Assembly: GCA_016861265.1 (NCBI GenBank)
Contig: BOLA01000001.1
Location: 523,569-587,568, forward strand
Direction of reading: 5' to 3'
DNA from: Patescibacteria group bacterium
Lineage (GTDB): Bacteria > Patescibacteriota > Dojkabacteria > J137
Length of the DNA stretch: 64,000 nt
In this document: positions 1 through 9,754 of the stretch, in pieces
Numbering within the stretch: the first letter of the stretch is position 1
Layout of the letters: every line of letters starts with the position of its first letter
The notes under the pieces: generated by a model
Databases searched by the model: none
What the model was told of the DNA's origin: nothing
The model's input: only the letters and a program-made list of their open reading frames with translations
Program-made: the position numbers and the translations under genes

Positions 1-346
1 AGGCAATTGTATTTTGAGTTAATGTAAAGTTAGGATTATTCATTGAGATTCTCTCAAGAATTTGTTTACTCGTTAGTGTTGTTTTTGGAGTTTGTAAATA
101 AAAGATAGCAAAGGTTGCGACAGCAGTTACTGCAAGTAAGGAAACTCCTACTAGCGATAGTACTGCAATTTTTCTCTTCGTCATAAATTGCGATATAAAA
201 TTTAAATTACTATTATTAATACCTCGATTATTTTCTTTAGTAACAGATTTCTTTAAATTTTCCAAAGCCATAGTCTGCCATTGTGCAGGAGGCTCAATAT
301 TGGTTTTTTGAATTAAATTTTCTAAGTCAGAATCATTTATTCTCAT
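1..346 (-). CDS. partial membrane protein, putative anti-sigma factor (the window cuts off its C-terminal part, which lies upstream of coordinate 1)
   Basis: Minus-strand ORF starting near 346, translated as MRINDSDLENLIQKTNIEPPAQW..., with one hydrophobic transmembrane segment (AVLSLVGVSLLAVTAVATFAIFYL). Its start overlaps the stop of the upstream ECF sigma gene, the usual sigma/anti-sigma coupling. Confidence 0.4.
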   Translation of the reverse strand, partial: MRINDSDLENLIQKTNIEPPAQWQTMALENLKKSVTKENNRGINNSNLNFISQFMTKRKIAVLSLVGVSLLAVTAVATFAIFYLQTPKTTLTSKQILERISMNNPNFTLTQNTIA

Positions 347-842
347 TATTTATTAATTCCTTTAATTTACTAAAGGCTCGACTTAACGCCATTTTAGTTG
401 CATCGTAAGTTTTGCCGGTGATTAACGCAATTTCTTCAATTGCTAACTCATTATAAAATCTTAATATTAATAAGTCCTTATCTATTTCGGAAAGTAGAAT
501 AAGTCTTGAATATATATACTCCTTAAGTAGCTCTTCCGTAACAGTTTTTTCTAAATTATTATTATCTGCTGGTTCTTCTGGCAATTCAGTAGGGTATTTT
601 CTTTTTTTTGCGTAATCAAAACAAAGCGATCTGGCAATTGTTATGAGCCATGTCTTAAGACTTGATTTGTCTGAATTGTAAGTTTCCCTATACTTCCAGG
701 CTCTAATAAAGGTTTCTTGAGCCAAGTCTTCGGCAGTTTCTTTTGAGTAGAAAAACAAGTATATATAGGAATATATAAGTCTGTTGTACTTAATAAAGAT
801 TACTTCTAAATCGTTTTGTGATTTTAATTCTTCAGTTTCCAA
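333..842 (-). CDS. RNA polymerase sigma factor, sigma-70 ECF subfamily
   Basis: Region 2 motif DLAQETFIRAWKY and a region 4 helix-turn-helix (LSEIDKDLLILRFYNELAIEEIALITGKTYDATKMALSRA). Length 169 aa. Ends with TGA. Confidence 0.85.
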   Translation of the reverse strand: METEELKSQNDLEVIFIKYNRLIYSYIYLFFYSKETAEDLAQETFIRAWKYRETYNSDKSSLKTWLITIARSLCFDYAKKRKYPTELPEEPADNNNLEKTVTEELLKEYIYSRLILLSEIDKDLLILRFYNELAIEEIALITGKTYDATKMALSRAFSKLKELINNENK

Positions 843-885
843 ATGTAGAATATGTAATTTCTCACATATTCTACATAAAATTGGC

Positions 886-2010
886 TTATCTTGTAACTTG
901 AAAGCTTTTTACTTGCTCTAATATTGCTTTCGCATTAACATCATTTTCAAAATGATCTCTAACTGGTTGAAGTAATTTATTTAAGTAGATAATTACTGCA
1001 CCTTTTAAATCAATAGAGGATAGTTCTTTGTTTGCAAATGATTGTTCTAATTCTTCGTAAGAATTAAAAATAATATTTCCGCCCCATTTCTCAGGTCTCT
1101 CTACAATAAATCCATCTTTTAGTAAATCTTGTTGACCTTTAAGAAATTTGGCCTGGAATATTATATATTTGCAGTATTCTAGAATTGGATTGTCTTCTAT
1201 TACACCATCTGTACAGTATGCTTTAGTAATTTTTCTTTTTACATCTTCTTCTGTATCTGTCATGAATATTGCAGAGTCAGGAATTGATTTACTCATTTTC
1301 GCAGCAATTGCCCTTGTTGTAGCATCTTCATTACTATCAACAGGTGCCCCTAATCCTCTTAACATTCTATGGCTTACTACAACTGGTTTATTAAATCCTA
1401 ATTCTGGTCCGACTTCTCTTGCAAGCATGTTAACCTTTCTTTGATCCATTCCTAATTGTGTAACCTGGCATTTCATTACTCCAAAAATATCTGCAGTTTG
1501 CATGCAAGGGTAGAGTATTTGGGCGGCACTTAAATCGTCACTTTCTTTTCTTCCCATTATTTCTGTTGTTCTTAAAACTCTTTTTAATGTGGAAGCTTTT
1601 GCAACTTTCATTACTAATTCCCAGTATTCTCTTTTACCTACAAAGTCACTGGTCCATAAAAATTCAGTATTGTCCAAATCCATTCCGCTAGCTTTCCAGA
1701 TTTCAATAAAGTAACTTCCCACAGTTTTTATCTTTTCTAAATCTCCGCCCATTTTGTTGTTTAGGTAACCAAACCAGTCTGCGACCCACATTCTGAATGT
1801 AAAGCCGGCTGCAATCATTTTATTTGTATTAATCGCCCTAATAATTCCTTGTGCAATATGCATTTGACCGGAAGGTTCAAAACCATCGTAAGTGAAAAGT
1901 TCTTCTCCGGATTCTAGTATTGTCTTTAGTTCATCTTCTCCAACAATTTCGCCTCCATCGGCTGCAATTGATTTTATTAGGTCAATTCTTTCTTGAGTTG
2001 ATAGGTTCAT
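886..2010 (-). CDS. tyrS: tyrosyl-tRNA synthetase, archaeal/eukaryotic type (class I aaRS)
   Basis: GFEPSGQMHIAQG (HIGH-like) and KMSKS present. GFEPSG matches archaeal-type TyrRS. A TrpRS assignment is not fully excluded. Confidence 0.65.
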   Translation of the reverse strand: MNLSTQERIDLIKSIAADGGEIVGEDELKTILESGEELFTYDGFEPSGQMHIAQGIIRAINTNKMIAAGFTFRMWVADWFGYLNNKMGGDLEKIKTVGSYFIEIWKASGMDLDNTEFLWTSDFVGKREYWELVMKVAKASTLKRVLRTTEIMGRKESDDLSAAQILYPCMQTADIFGVMKCQVTQLGMDQRKVNMLAREVGPELGFNKPVVVSHRMLRGLGAPVDSNEDATTRAIAAKMSKSIPDSAIFMTDTEEDVKRKITKAYCTDGVIEDNPILEYCKYIIFQAKFLKGQQDLLKDGFIVERPEKWGGNIIFNSYEELEQSFANKELSSIDLKGAVIIYLNKLLQPVRDHFENDVNAKAILEQVKSFQVTR

Positions 2011-2051
2011 AGTTTAAATTCTTAAATATAATTTGATTATACAATAAAGAA

Positions 2052-2073
2052 AATCCCCGCTGTAGCGGGGATT
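2052..2073. promoter_or_regulatory. perfect inverted repeat (atccccgc tgta gcggggat) in the divergent tyrS / 2144 intergenic region
   Basis: 8-bp GC-rich stem flanked by A/T runs on both strands. Could be a bidirectional terminator-like hairpin or an operator. Confidence 0.3.
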
Positions 2074-2143
2074 AAAATTTATAGATATATAAATATTACC
2101 CGCTTCAATAAGGTAGGTAATAATAGTAATAGTTTTTAAAATT

Positions 2144-2821
2144 ATGTTTTTTAACCATTTGTTGAATTATATTACACAGCCTAATTACTTGCAATTTGTG
2201 TATAATGAAAAAAGTTACCAACGTTTTATGACTGATTTACCTACACCATCTATAGATACAATTGAAAAAAACGAGACAGGAGAATTTGCTTTAGTAGATG
2301 TTGAGGCAGAGGAGTCTAATTTTTCTGCTTTCTTGGAATTTATTAGAGGCAGACATTACGCATCGGAAATTATTGAATTTTTGAGAGATCAATATGGATT
2401 AACAGAGGAAGAGCTTCCACTTAACACATCTAATCCTCAAAGTTTACTACAATACTATTCTATTGAGTTTGATGAGGCTGCAGACGATGGACAAATTCTG
2501 TTCAATATATATTCTCCAGGCTCTAATTCCGATACATTTAAACGATCAGAATTAGAAAAGGTTTTTTCTGAACTCACACTATTCGGAGAAAGTAATAGTA
2601 AATTCAGCACAAGATTTTTAATAGTATCTTTTGATGATTTAAATGGAATAAGACCAATAAGCCTAGATGTTGCCAGACTTTCTACCGATGAAACTAGATC
2701 AGGAACTAGGGTGTTATCGATAAGCCATCAAGACTCTATTCGTAGAAAGATGGAAGCGATTGCCAATAAAGGAGCGTCTAAACTCTTAGTTATTAAATTA
2801 CAAAAACCAAAGCAAGCATGA
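2144..2821 (+). CDS. hypothetical protein
   Basis: 225-aa ORF with no recognisable motif. Its stop overlaps the next gene start (ATGA). Confidence 0.5.
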   Translation: MFFNHLLNYITQPNYLQFVYNEKSYQRFMTDLPTPSIDTIEKNETGEFALVDVEAEESNFSAFLEFIRGRHYASEIIEFLRDQYGLTEEELPLNTSNPQSLLQYYSIEFDEAADDGQILFNIYSPGSNSDTFKRSELEKVFSELTLFGESNSKFSTRFLIVSFDDLNGIRPISLDVARLSTDETRSGTRVLSISHQDSIRRKMEAIANKGASKLLVIKLQKPKQA

Positions 2822-3780
2822 CTATAACTGATATAGCCCTATACATTGCAGCGTTTTTACTAATCTGGCTGGGCTCAGGTTTCACAGTAAAATCCATTGA
2901 ATCAATTGCTCATCGATTAAAGATGAATACATTTATAGTTTCATTTGTTGTACTTGGACTATTTACATCTTTGCCCGAAATATTTCTTGCAATTAATTCA
3001 ACAGTTGAACAAAGACCCGAAGTTTCCGCAGGTAACTTAATAGGCGGAATTGTAGTTTTATTCTTGCTATTAATACCATTAATTGCCATATCGGGCAAAG
3101 GTGCAAAGATAATTAAAGATATAAGCAAATTAAGACTATTTATTTCGTTGAGCGTTGTGGCCTTACCTTCTATTATGCTTGTGGATTCTTACCTAGGTAT
3201 TATAGAAGGATTAATATTCCTGGGTGCTTATACTTCCTTAATATTTTTTATTGAAAGAAAGAAAACAGGTGCAAAAGCGGAAGAAAAATCAAAGAAAAGA
3301 TCTACAAAACATAAGAAAGGGTTTTCATGGTCAATTTCATTCGGAAAATTAGTGCTGGGAAGTGTATTAATATTTGTTTCTAGTAATATAATTCTAGATA
3401 ACACAATAAAACTCGCAGAAGTGCTGAATATATCGACATTTGTAGTAAGTCTATTTGTAATTTCTATTGGTACAAATTTACCGGAGTTTACAGTAGGAAT
3501 AAGGTCTATATTGCAACACGACAAAAATCTCGCTTTAGGAAACTATATAGGTTCCGCAGCTGCCAATACATTACTATTCGGATTCTTAATATTACTCAAT
3601 CCCAATGGTATTTTAATTAATGATTCGAAAATAATTCTTACGTTATCTCTATTAATAGTGTCGTTAATTCTGTTCTATATATTCACAGTATCAAAGAAAG
3701 TATTATCGGCTAGAGAAGGGGTAGTATTACTATCTTTGTATGTAATATTTTGCTTTATTGAAATTGCATTTCAACATTAA
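2818..3780 (+). CDS. Na+/Ca2+ exchanger (CaCA) family membrane protein
   Basis: Two alpha-repeat signatures (GNLIGGIVVLFLL and GNYIGSAAANTLL) and about 10 transmembrane segments. Confidence 0.7.
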   Translation: MTITDIALYIAAFLLIWLGSGFTVKSIESIAHRLKMNTFIVSFVVLGLFTSLPEIFLAINSTVEQRPEVSAGNLIGGIVVLFLLLIPLIAISGKGAKIIKDISKLRLFISLSVVALPSIMLVDSYLGIIEGLIFLGAYTSLIFFIERKKTGAKAEEKSKKRSTKHKKGFSWSISFGKLVLGSVLIFVSSNIILDNTIKLAEVLNISTFVVSLFVISIGTNLPEFTVGIRSILQHDKNLALGNYIGSAAANTLLFGFLILLNPNGILINDSKIILTLSLLIVSLILFYIFTVSKKVLSAREGVVLLSLYVIFCFIEIAFQH

Positions 3781-4221
3781 TCAGAAGTGAACATCTGAGG
3801 TCTGATTTTCAATCATTTTATCCAGGGTTTCGTTACTAATAATCTCTAATATCGATTTGCCTAATAAAGACTCCTTATTTTCTGAGTTAATTATGTATAA
3901 ACCAGTATGGTCCGTTCCAATTCCAATCTCATCTTGAGCCAGCAACATTGAATCTGATTCTAAATTTCTAAGCATCTTTTTTCCCAGTATTACTTTTTCG
4001 CCATGATTTAACAAGTAACCTGGTACTATATTACCTTCACCTAGATAGGGTACAAAATCCCCTGCGTTCATATTAGTAGCCCCTGTTATTACCACCTTTG
4101 CCTTTCCACCCATATCTATTACTACTAAATTTAGTTTATCTGCATAAGGGTGCTTTAGCACATTTAATACTTTTACAATTTTTATATTTTCGAGTAAATC
4201 CTTTAATTCTTCTTTGTTCAT
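3781..4221 (-). CDS. tRNA-binding domain protein (CsaA/EMAP-like)
   Basis: KHPYADKLNLVVIDMGG...VVITGATNM...SDSMLLAQDEIG matches the tRNA_bind OB-fold pattern. Confidence 0.65.
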   Translation of the reverse strand: MNKEELKDLLENIKIVKVLNVLKHPYADKLNLVVIDMGGKAKVVITGATNMNAGDFVPYLGEGNIVPGYLLNHGEKVILGKKMLRNLESDSMLLAQDEIGIGTDHTGLYIINSENKESLLGKSILEIISNETLDKMIENQTSDVHF

Positions 4222-4252
4222 ATTTTGTTGGTAATACTAGGGTATTTTAACA

Positions 4253-4804
4253 TTAATTCCATTCATATCTGGAAGGGTGTTTTCTAATAAGACTTATTTC
4301 CCGATATACATCTAAGAATAGTACTATCGAAAGAATAAAACTCGACAGGGTAGTGATTATCCCTATCCAGTCAAATCCTTTACCCATAAAAATATTTACC
4401 CATATTAAAAGATTACTTAAAATCATGAAGATCCACCAACCAGCAGTCATTCCGTAAACTGTATATGAATCTTTTATAAGATTGAGTAAATTGAACTTCG
4501 AAAGACTCAAAATAACCATTTCACTAGTGTGGGTATTGTGAAAGAATATTGCTCTAAAAACCGCAACAGAAAAGAAAAGTGCAGCCACAATATACATGAA
4601 TAAATCTGAGTAAGCAGTGACAGTAATAACATCTTCGGGCTTTAATACGGTGGTAACTGCAAATATAGAGCCAGTATAGTCTCTGAAAGACCAGGCTATG
4701 CCAAAAAATCGGGTGACTAGTAAAATACCTAGGAATTTAGACAGAATGGTTACTGCCGCGGGAAATATTGAATAATCGAGAATTTTTACTAAGGATTTTG
4801 ACAT
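4253..4804 (-). CDS. integral membrane protein, unknown function
   Basis: 183 aa with about 5 hydrophobic segments. Confidence 0.5.
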   Translation of the reverse strand: MSKSLVKILDYSIFPAAVTILSKFLGILLVTRFFGIAWSFRDYTGSIFAVTTVLKPEDVITVTAYSDLFMYIVAALFFSVAVFRAIFFHNTHTSEMVILSLSKFNLLNLIKDSYTVYGMTAGWWIFMILSNLLIWVNIFMGKGFDWIGIITTLSSFILSIVLFLDVYREISLIRKHPSRYEWN

Positions 4805-4841
4805 TAATACATTCTATAGCAAAAAATGACTCAAACCAAGA

Positions 4842-5102
4842 TTAAAGTGCTTTGATTAATCTTGCCAATTGAGACTTGTATCTTGCTGCTGTATTCTTGT
4901 GAATTACATTACCTTTTACCGCCTTATCAATAGATTTAAATGCAGTAGGTAATAGTTTTTCCGCATTTGCCTTATCTTTTGAAGCAATAGACTTCATTAC
5001 AGCTTTTCTATCTTCCTTGTACTTTCTATTAACTCTCAAGTTAATTATTCTCTTTCTTTCTGATACTCTAATTGCTTTTTTTGCTGAACTTGTGTTTGCC
5101 AT
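4842..5102 (-). CDS. rpsT: 30S ribosomal protein S20
   Basis: MANTSSAKKAIRVSERKRIINLRVNRKYK... is the typical bS20 N-terminus. 86 aa. Confidence 0.85.
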   Translation of the reverse strand: MANTSSAKKAIRVSERKRIINLRVNRKYKEDRKAVMKSIASKDKANAEKLLPTAFKSIDKAVKGNVIHKNTAARYKSQLARLIKAL

Positions 5103-5238
5103 ATATAAATTTATGTAATTAATTTCTTTTGCGTAGGAATTTTAGCAGAGAATTTGTCAAAATAAAAGGATTAAATCCAAATTAGATAAGCTTCTTAAGC
5201 CAAAATGGGGTAAAATACCGGTATATTCAACTCAAATT

Positions 5239-6087
5239 ATGCACATAAGTGATTTAATGCCTAAAAATGGTCTATATGACTCTCATTGCCATTTAATATT
5301 CAGAGAATATCCTATTCCCACAGAAGAGATAGTGCAACAGGCTAGGTTTAGTAAATTAACTACGCTATTAAATGTATCTACCGATTTAAAGACTTCTGAA
5401 CAGGTACAAAACCTAAGTGTGGAAAATGATGGATTTATAAAAAGCTTCATAGGAGTAGACCCTCAGGAAGTAATACCAAACCCGGAACATTTTATGGGAT
5501 TAGACTTAACAAGCAAAGATTTTAAGCAAATAAAGCAAAGTTTAAAAGACATTCTAGATAAGCAAAAGGATACTATTATTGGAATAGGTGAAACCGGTAT
5601 GGATTTTTATTGGATTAAAGAACTAGATTCCGAAACCCAAGCAAAGTCCAAATTTCTTCAAGAAAAACTCTTCATCTTGCACATTGAGATTGCAAATGAC
5701 AATGTTTTACCACTTACAATACATTCAAGAGGAGCCGAAAGCGAGTGTCTAGATCTAATGCTGAACAATGCAATTAACACTAGGGGAATATTTCACTCAT
5801 TTACGGGTAATTATCAACAGGCTAAGAATATTATTGAATCAGGTAATGGGTTGGGTGTAAATGGTATTTTTACATTTAAAAATGCTCAAAATTTAAGAGA
5901 GGTTTACAGGAAGCTGGTCGGGAAAGTGAGTAAGGACACAGACCCGGAATATTTCTATAAAAAAGGGATCTTTTTTGAAACAGATTCTCCATTTCTAGCA
6001 CCAGAAGGCAAGAGAGGAGAGATTAACTATCCTGCTAACGTTGCAGATATCTATAAGGCTTTTGTAAATTTTTTATCTAATAATTAA
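5239..6087 (+). CDS. TatD-family metal-dependent hydrolase
   Basis: N-terminal DSHCHL motif and later HSF/HSR and D motifs of the TatD amidohydrolase fold. Confidence 0.6.
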   Translation: MHISDLMPKNGLYDSHCHLIFREYPIPTEEIVQQARFSKLTTLLNVSTDLKTSEQVQNLSVENDGFIKSFIGVDPQEVIPNPEHFMGLDLTSKDFKQIKQSLKDILDKQKDTIIGIGETGMDFYWIKELDSETQAKSKFLQEKLFILHIEIANDNVLPLTIHSRGAESECLDLMLNNAINTRGIFHSFTGNYQQAKNIIESGNGLGVNGIFTFKNAQNLREVYRKLVGKVSKDTDPEYFYKKGIFFETDSPFLAPEGKRGEINYPANVADIYKAFVNFLSNN

Positions 6088-6147
6088 ATGGAAACAAACA
6101 AAGACAATAAAGGCATGCCAATAGAACCTAGCTAGGCATCAACCTTA

Positions 6148-6219
6148 ATGGCGGCTTTTGCCATAATCGGGGTTATTGTAGGTGCAATAATGCTTGGTGT
6201 TTTTATCTTTTTAAGCTAA
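6148..6219 (+). CDS. possible small hydrophobic peptide (23 aa, MAAFAIIGVIVGAIMLGVFIFLS)
   Basis: Short ORF in an intergenic gap, a single transmembrane-like helix. Not in the ORF track and no strong Shine-Dalgarno sequence seen. Confidence 0.15.
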   Translation: MAAFAIIGVIVGAIMLGVFIFLS

Positions 6220-6267
6220 AGCTGCTATCTAGTGCTTTAAGACACTAGTTAGTATAATTACACCAAT

Positions 6268-7497
6268 ATGGAAACACCCGATAAGAAAATCAAAGTAGGT
6301 TATGTTATTCAAAGGTTTCATCCTTTTAAAGGAGGAGCCGAACAAAATATGTACGCTCTTGCCACAAGAATGGATAAACAAGGTCATGAAGTAACAGTAG
6401 TAACAACTAATGTAAAATTTAGAAACGAAACCCTTCCATCCACCGAAATTCATAAGGGCATGAAAATTGTTAGAAATTGGTCCTTAAATGAGCAACTTTA
6501 TGCAGGTTTTTACCCAGGTTTGCTTCCTTACCTACTAAAAAATCAATTTGATGTAATACATGCCTCTGGTATTGGTTTCTTATGGAGAGAGTGGTGTTTA
6601 ATAATTAAGAAGATTTTCTCCAGGAAAACTAGATTTATAGTGACTCCTCATGGACCATTCATGGCAGTTAACAACACAGAAGGTTTTAGAGGATTTGCAA
6701 AGAAATTCTATACTTTTTTTCTTAGATTATTCATTCCGTGGCTCTACGACGTGGTAATTGCAGTTAATCCCAAACAAGTCGAGTGGATGACTAAAGAATA
6801 TGGAATTAATCCGAACAAAATTTTCATACTTCCTAATGGAATTGATGTAGATTATCTAGAGCAAGAATTGCATGAACACACACCTGAGGAGAAAACAATT
6901 ATTACATACTTGAATAGGCATGAATGGTATAAGGGTATTCACAATGTAATAGAGGCTATTCATAATATTGAGATGAACAAATTGACTGATAAAAAATTTG
7001 AATTCTGGATTATGGGAAGAGCTGGAAACTATACCCCAAAATTAACCGAATTGGTAGATGAGTACAATTTACAAGACTATATAAAGTTTGTATTCTCTCC
7101 ATCTGATGAGGAAAGAGATAGAATCTTCTACGAAGAATCGCAAATAAATATATTACCTAGTAACTGGGAGGCCACTGGTATTACTCTAGTAGAGGCAATG
7201 GCTAAAGGTAATATTTTAATTACTACTTATCAAAATGAAGCTGCCGAAATAATAATAAAACAAGGGGAGAATGGATATATATATAACTATACAGATATTG
7301 ATAAACTTACAGAAATTCTTACCGAATTAATTAATGATTACGAACTAAGACAACAGATAAGAAGAAATAATATAGAAGCTGCGAAAGACTTTACATGGGA
7401 AGCAATATTTCCAGAGTACCTATCTTTGGTAGAGAGTCTATCGAATAAAACCACTTCGAAAATAAGTAATACTTCAGAAACAAAAGAGAATGTCTAA
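6268..7497 (+). CDS. glycosyltransferase family 4 (GT-B fold)
   Basis: N-terminal GGAEQ motif and C-terminal E-x7-E-like region typical of GT4 (EAMAKGNILI...). Confidence 0.75.
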   Translation: METPDKKIKVGYVIQRFHPFKGGAEQNMYALATRMDKQGHEVTVVTTNVKFRNETLPSTEIHKGMKIVRNWSLNEQLYAGFYPGLLPYLLKNQFDVIHASGIGFLWREWCLIIKKIFSRKTRFIVTPHGPFMAVNNTEGFRGFAKKFYTFFLRLFIPWLYDVVIAVNPKQVEWMTKEYGINPNKIFILPNGIDVDYLEQELHEHTPEEKTIITYLNRHEWYKGIHNVIEAIHNIEMNKLTDKKFEFWIMGRAGNYTPKLTELVDEYNLQDYIKFVFSPSDEERDRIFYEESQINILPSNWEATGITLVEAMAKGNILITTYQNEAAEIIIKQGENGYIYNYTDIDKLTEILTELINDYELRQQIRRNNIEAAKDFTWEAIFPEYLSLVESLSNKTTSKISNTSETKENV

Positions 7498-8188
7498 ACT
7501 AATTTTGGTTGGTCTGCCATTAGGTAATGTAGAAGATATTACGCTTAGAGTGCTTTACTCTCTGTTTAATGCTCCATATATTGCCGCAGAAGATACTAGA
7601 AACTATCTAAAAATTAAATCAATTGTGAAGGAAAGATATTCTCATATATTTCCTGATATTAACTTTGAGAACAAACCTGAATTGATTAGCTATAGGGAAC
7701 AAAATCATCAAAATGCTTCAAAAAGAATAATTGAAGTTATAAAAAAGGGCTTTGACGTTTATCTAATGAGCGATGCAGGAATGCCTGCGATCTCTGATCC
7801 CGGTTTTAGGCTGGTAGAAGAGTGTATAAAAAATGATATTGAGATTGATGTTCTACCTTCCGCGACAGCAGTAGATACTGCCTTAGTTCTGTCGGGACTA
7901 CCTACAGATAAGTTCGCCTTCTTAGGTTTTTTACCTAGACAAGAATCAAAAATTCTAAAAGCGATAGAATCATCACAAGAATTTACAACCATATTTTACG
8001 AATCTCCGTACAGGATAAAAAAGACTCTAGAAATTATTGATAAGAAATATCCAGAAGCTCAATGTGCTTTATGTAATGATTTAACCAAAAAATTCCAAAA
8101 GGTTATTAGAGGAAAGATTTCCGATTGTATTAATGAGTTAGGCAAAAAGGAAATTAAAGGTGAATGGGTTGTAGTTGTGAAAATTTAG
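7490..8188 (+). CDS. rsmI: 16S rRNA (cytidine1402-2'-O)-methyltransferase RsmI (tetrapyrrole methylase fold)
   Basis: LILVGLPLGNVEDITLRVL and MSDAGMPAISDPG motifs. Confidence 0.8.
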   Translation: MSKLILVGLPLGNVEDITLRVLYSLFNAPYIAAEDTRNYLKIKSIVKERYSHIFPDINFENKPELISYREQNHQNASKRIIEVIKKGFDVYLMSDAGMPAISDPGFRLVEECIKNDIEIDVLPSATAVDTALVLSGLPTDKFAFLGFLPRQESKILKAIESSQEFTTIFYESPYRIKKTLEIIDKKYPEAQCALCNDLTKKFQKVIRGKISDCINELGKKEIKGEWVVVVKI

Positions 8189-8197
8189 ACACAATTT

Positions 8198-9703
8198 CTA
8201 ATTACTAAATCTGTAACTTAAGGCCTCAAGTAAGTGAGGTTCCTCAACACTACTGCTATCAGATAGGTCAGCAATTGTTCTAGCCACTTTTAATATTTTG
8301 AAATAACTTCGGGTAGATAAATTAAATTTTTCGTTTGCACGTCTTAATAAAACTTTACTACTCGTTGAAATACTAATGTACTTGTTAATATCTTGTGAAG
8401 GAATTTGCGAATTTAATGTATAACCTTTGCCCTTGTACCTTTGCTCCTGGATAGCCCTTGCTTTTATTACTCTTTGTTTTATAGATTGAGAAGATTCTTC
8501 AGTACGTAGCAAATCTATATTGGAGATATCTATTTTATCTACCCACACCTGTAAATCAAATCTATCCATTATGGGACCAGAAATTCGCTTTTTATATTCA
8601 TTCAATTGTTTTGCACTGCAGATACATTCTTTTGTTTTATCTCCAAAGTAGCCACACTTGCATGGATTCATTGCTGCAAGAACTAAAAAGTCTGCCGGGT
8701 ATTCTATTGTACCAGTCGATCTAGAAATAGAGATTACTTTATCTTCTAAAGGTTGTCTTAGTACTTCAATTGATCTAGCCTCAAATTCAGGAAATTCATC
8801 TAGGAATAAGACACCCTTATTGGCTAATGTAATTTCACCGGGTCTCAAATTAAGACCTCCTCCAACCAGTGCAATATGTGAGATTGTATGGTGCGGCGCT
8901 CGAAAGGGTCTAGTTACTAAATATGGATTGTTTTTATCTAATAGTCCTGCCACACTATAGATCTTAGTTACTTCCAAAGATTCTTCTATATTCATAGACG
9001 GCAATATGTTCTTAAAGGCTTTTGAGAGCATTGATTTACCTGAACCGGGAGTTCCATTAAGAATACAATTATGTCCACCAGTTGCCGAAATTTCTAAGGC
9101 TCTTTTAGCTGTGTGTTGACCTACAATTGAACTAAAATCTATGTGGTGTATGTCTTTAACTTCAATTTTCTGTTTATTCTTGTATTTAGGAATTGGTCCA
9201 CCTTGAAAGTGTTGAACAACTTCTATTAATGTTTTTGCTGGATAAATATCGATACCTGATACTAGATTTGCTTCCTTTGCATTCTCAGAAGGTATAAAAA
9301 ATTCTTTGAACCCTTTCTTTTTGGCTTCCATAACGATGGGAAGAACCCCATTGACTGGCTTTAACGTACCGTCCAGGGATAATTCTCCTAAGAAAAGTTT
9401 ACGTGAAGTATTGAATGCTAGTTGTTCAGAAGCTAGCAGATAACCCACAGATAGAGGAAGATCGAACCCTGAACCACTTTTAATTAACTGAGCCGGTGCT
9501 AGGTTTATTATTATTTGCATGGGAACAAACGAAAACCCCGAATTTTTTATTGCAGAGGGAATACGTTCCTTGGCTTCTTGAATTGATTTATCTGCAAGGC
9601 CGATAATTGCAAAAAAGTTGGTACCTTTTCTATAGTCAACTTCGACATCTATAATTTCTACATTAAGACCTCTTATTGATGCAGTGTATAATTTAGAAAG
9701 CAT
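8198..9703 (-). CDS. YifB/ComM family Mg-chelatase-like AAA+ ATPase
   Basis: Lon-like N-terminal domain, Walker A GTPGSGKS, Walker B VLFLDE and a C-terminal Mg-chelatase domain. 501 aa. Confidence 0.85.
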   Translation of the reverse strand: MLSKLYTASIRGLNVEIIDVEVDYRKGTNFFAIIGLADKSIQEAKERIPSAIKNSGFSFVPMQIIINLAPAQLIKSGSGFDLPLSVGYLLASEQLAFNTSRKLFLGELSLDGTLKPVNGVLPIVMEAKKKGFKEFFIPSENAKEANLVSGIDIYPAKTLIEVVQHFQGGPIPKYKNKQKIEVKDIHHIDFSSIVGQHTAKRALEISATGGHNCILNGTPGSGKSMLSKAFKNILPSMNIEESLEVTKIYSVAGLLDKNNPYLVTRPFRAPHHTISHIALVGGGLNLRPGEITLANKGVLFLDEFPEFEARSIEVLRQPLEDKVISISRSTGTIEYPADFLVLAAMNPCKCGYFGDKTKECICSAKQLNEYKKRISGPIMDRFDLQVWVDKIDISNIDLLRTEESSQSIKQRVIKARAIQEQRYKGKGYTLNSQIPSQDINKYISISTSSKVLLRRANEKFNLSTRSYFKILKVARTIADLSDSSSVEEPHLLEALSYRFSN

Positions 9704-9754
9704 ACTTTAATATTAAAATATGTCTCAATATACATAAGTAAACTTACAATTCCT

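Noticed and set aside
1148-1444. Plus-strand ORFs lying inside and antisense to longer genes (for example 1148-1444, 2910-3128, 3228-3524, 7759-7992, 8658-8960, 11632-11841, 15905-16153, 19576-19791, 20122-20559, 29098-29325, 35726-35986, 39864-40220, 47810-48163, 51421-51789, 53841-54098)
   Set aside because: Each is fully contained in a longer ORF on the opposite strand that has clear protein-family motifs. They are low-complexity shadow ORFs typical of AT-rich DNA.
2011-2143. T-box riboswitch leader for the tyrosyl-tRNA synthetase gene
   Set aside because: The 5' region is only about 130 nt and lacks the T-box consensus (AATTAGGGTGGNACCGCG) and specifier-loop architecture. Only a simple palindromic hairpin is present.
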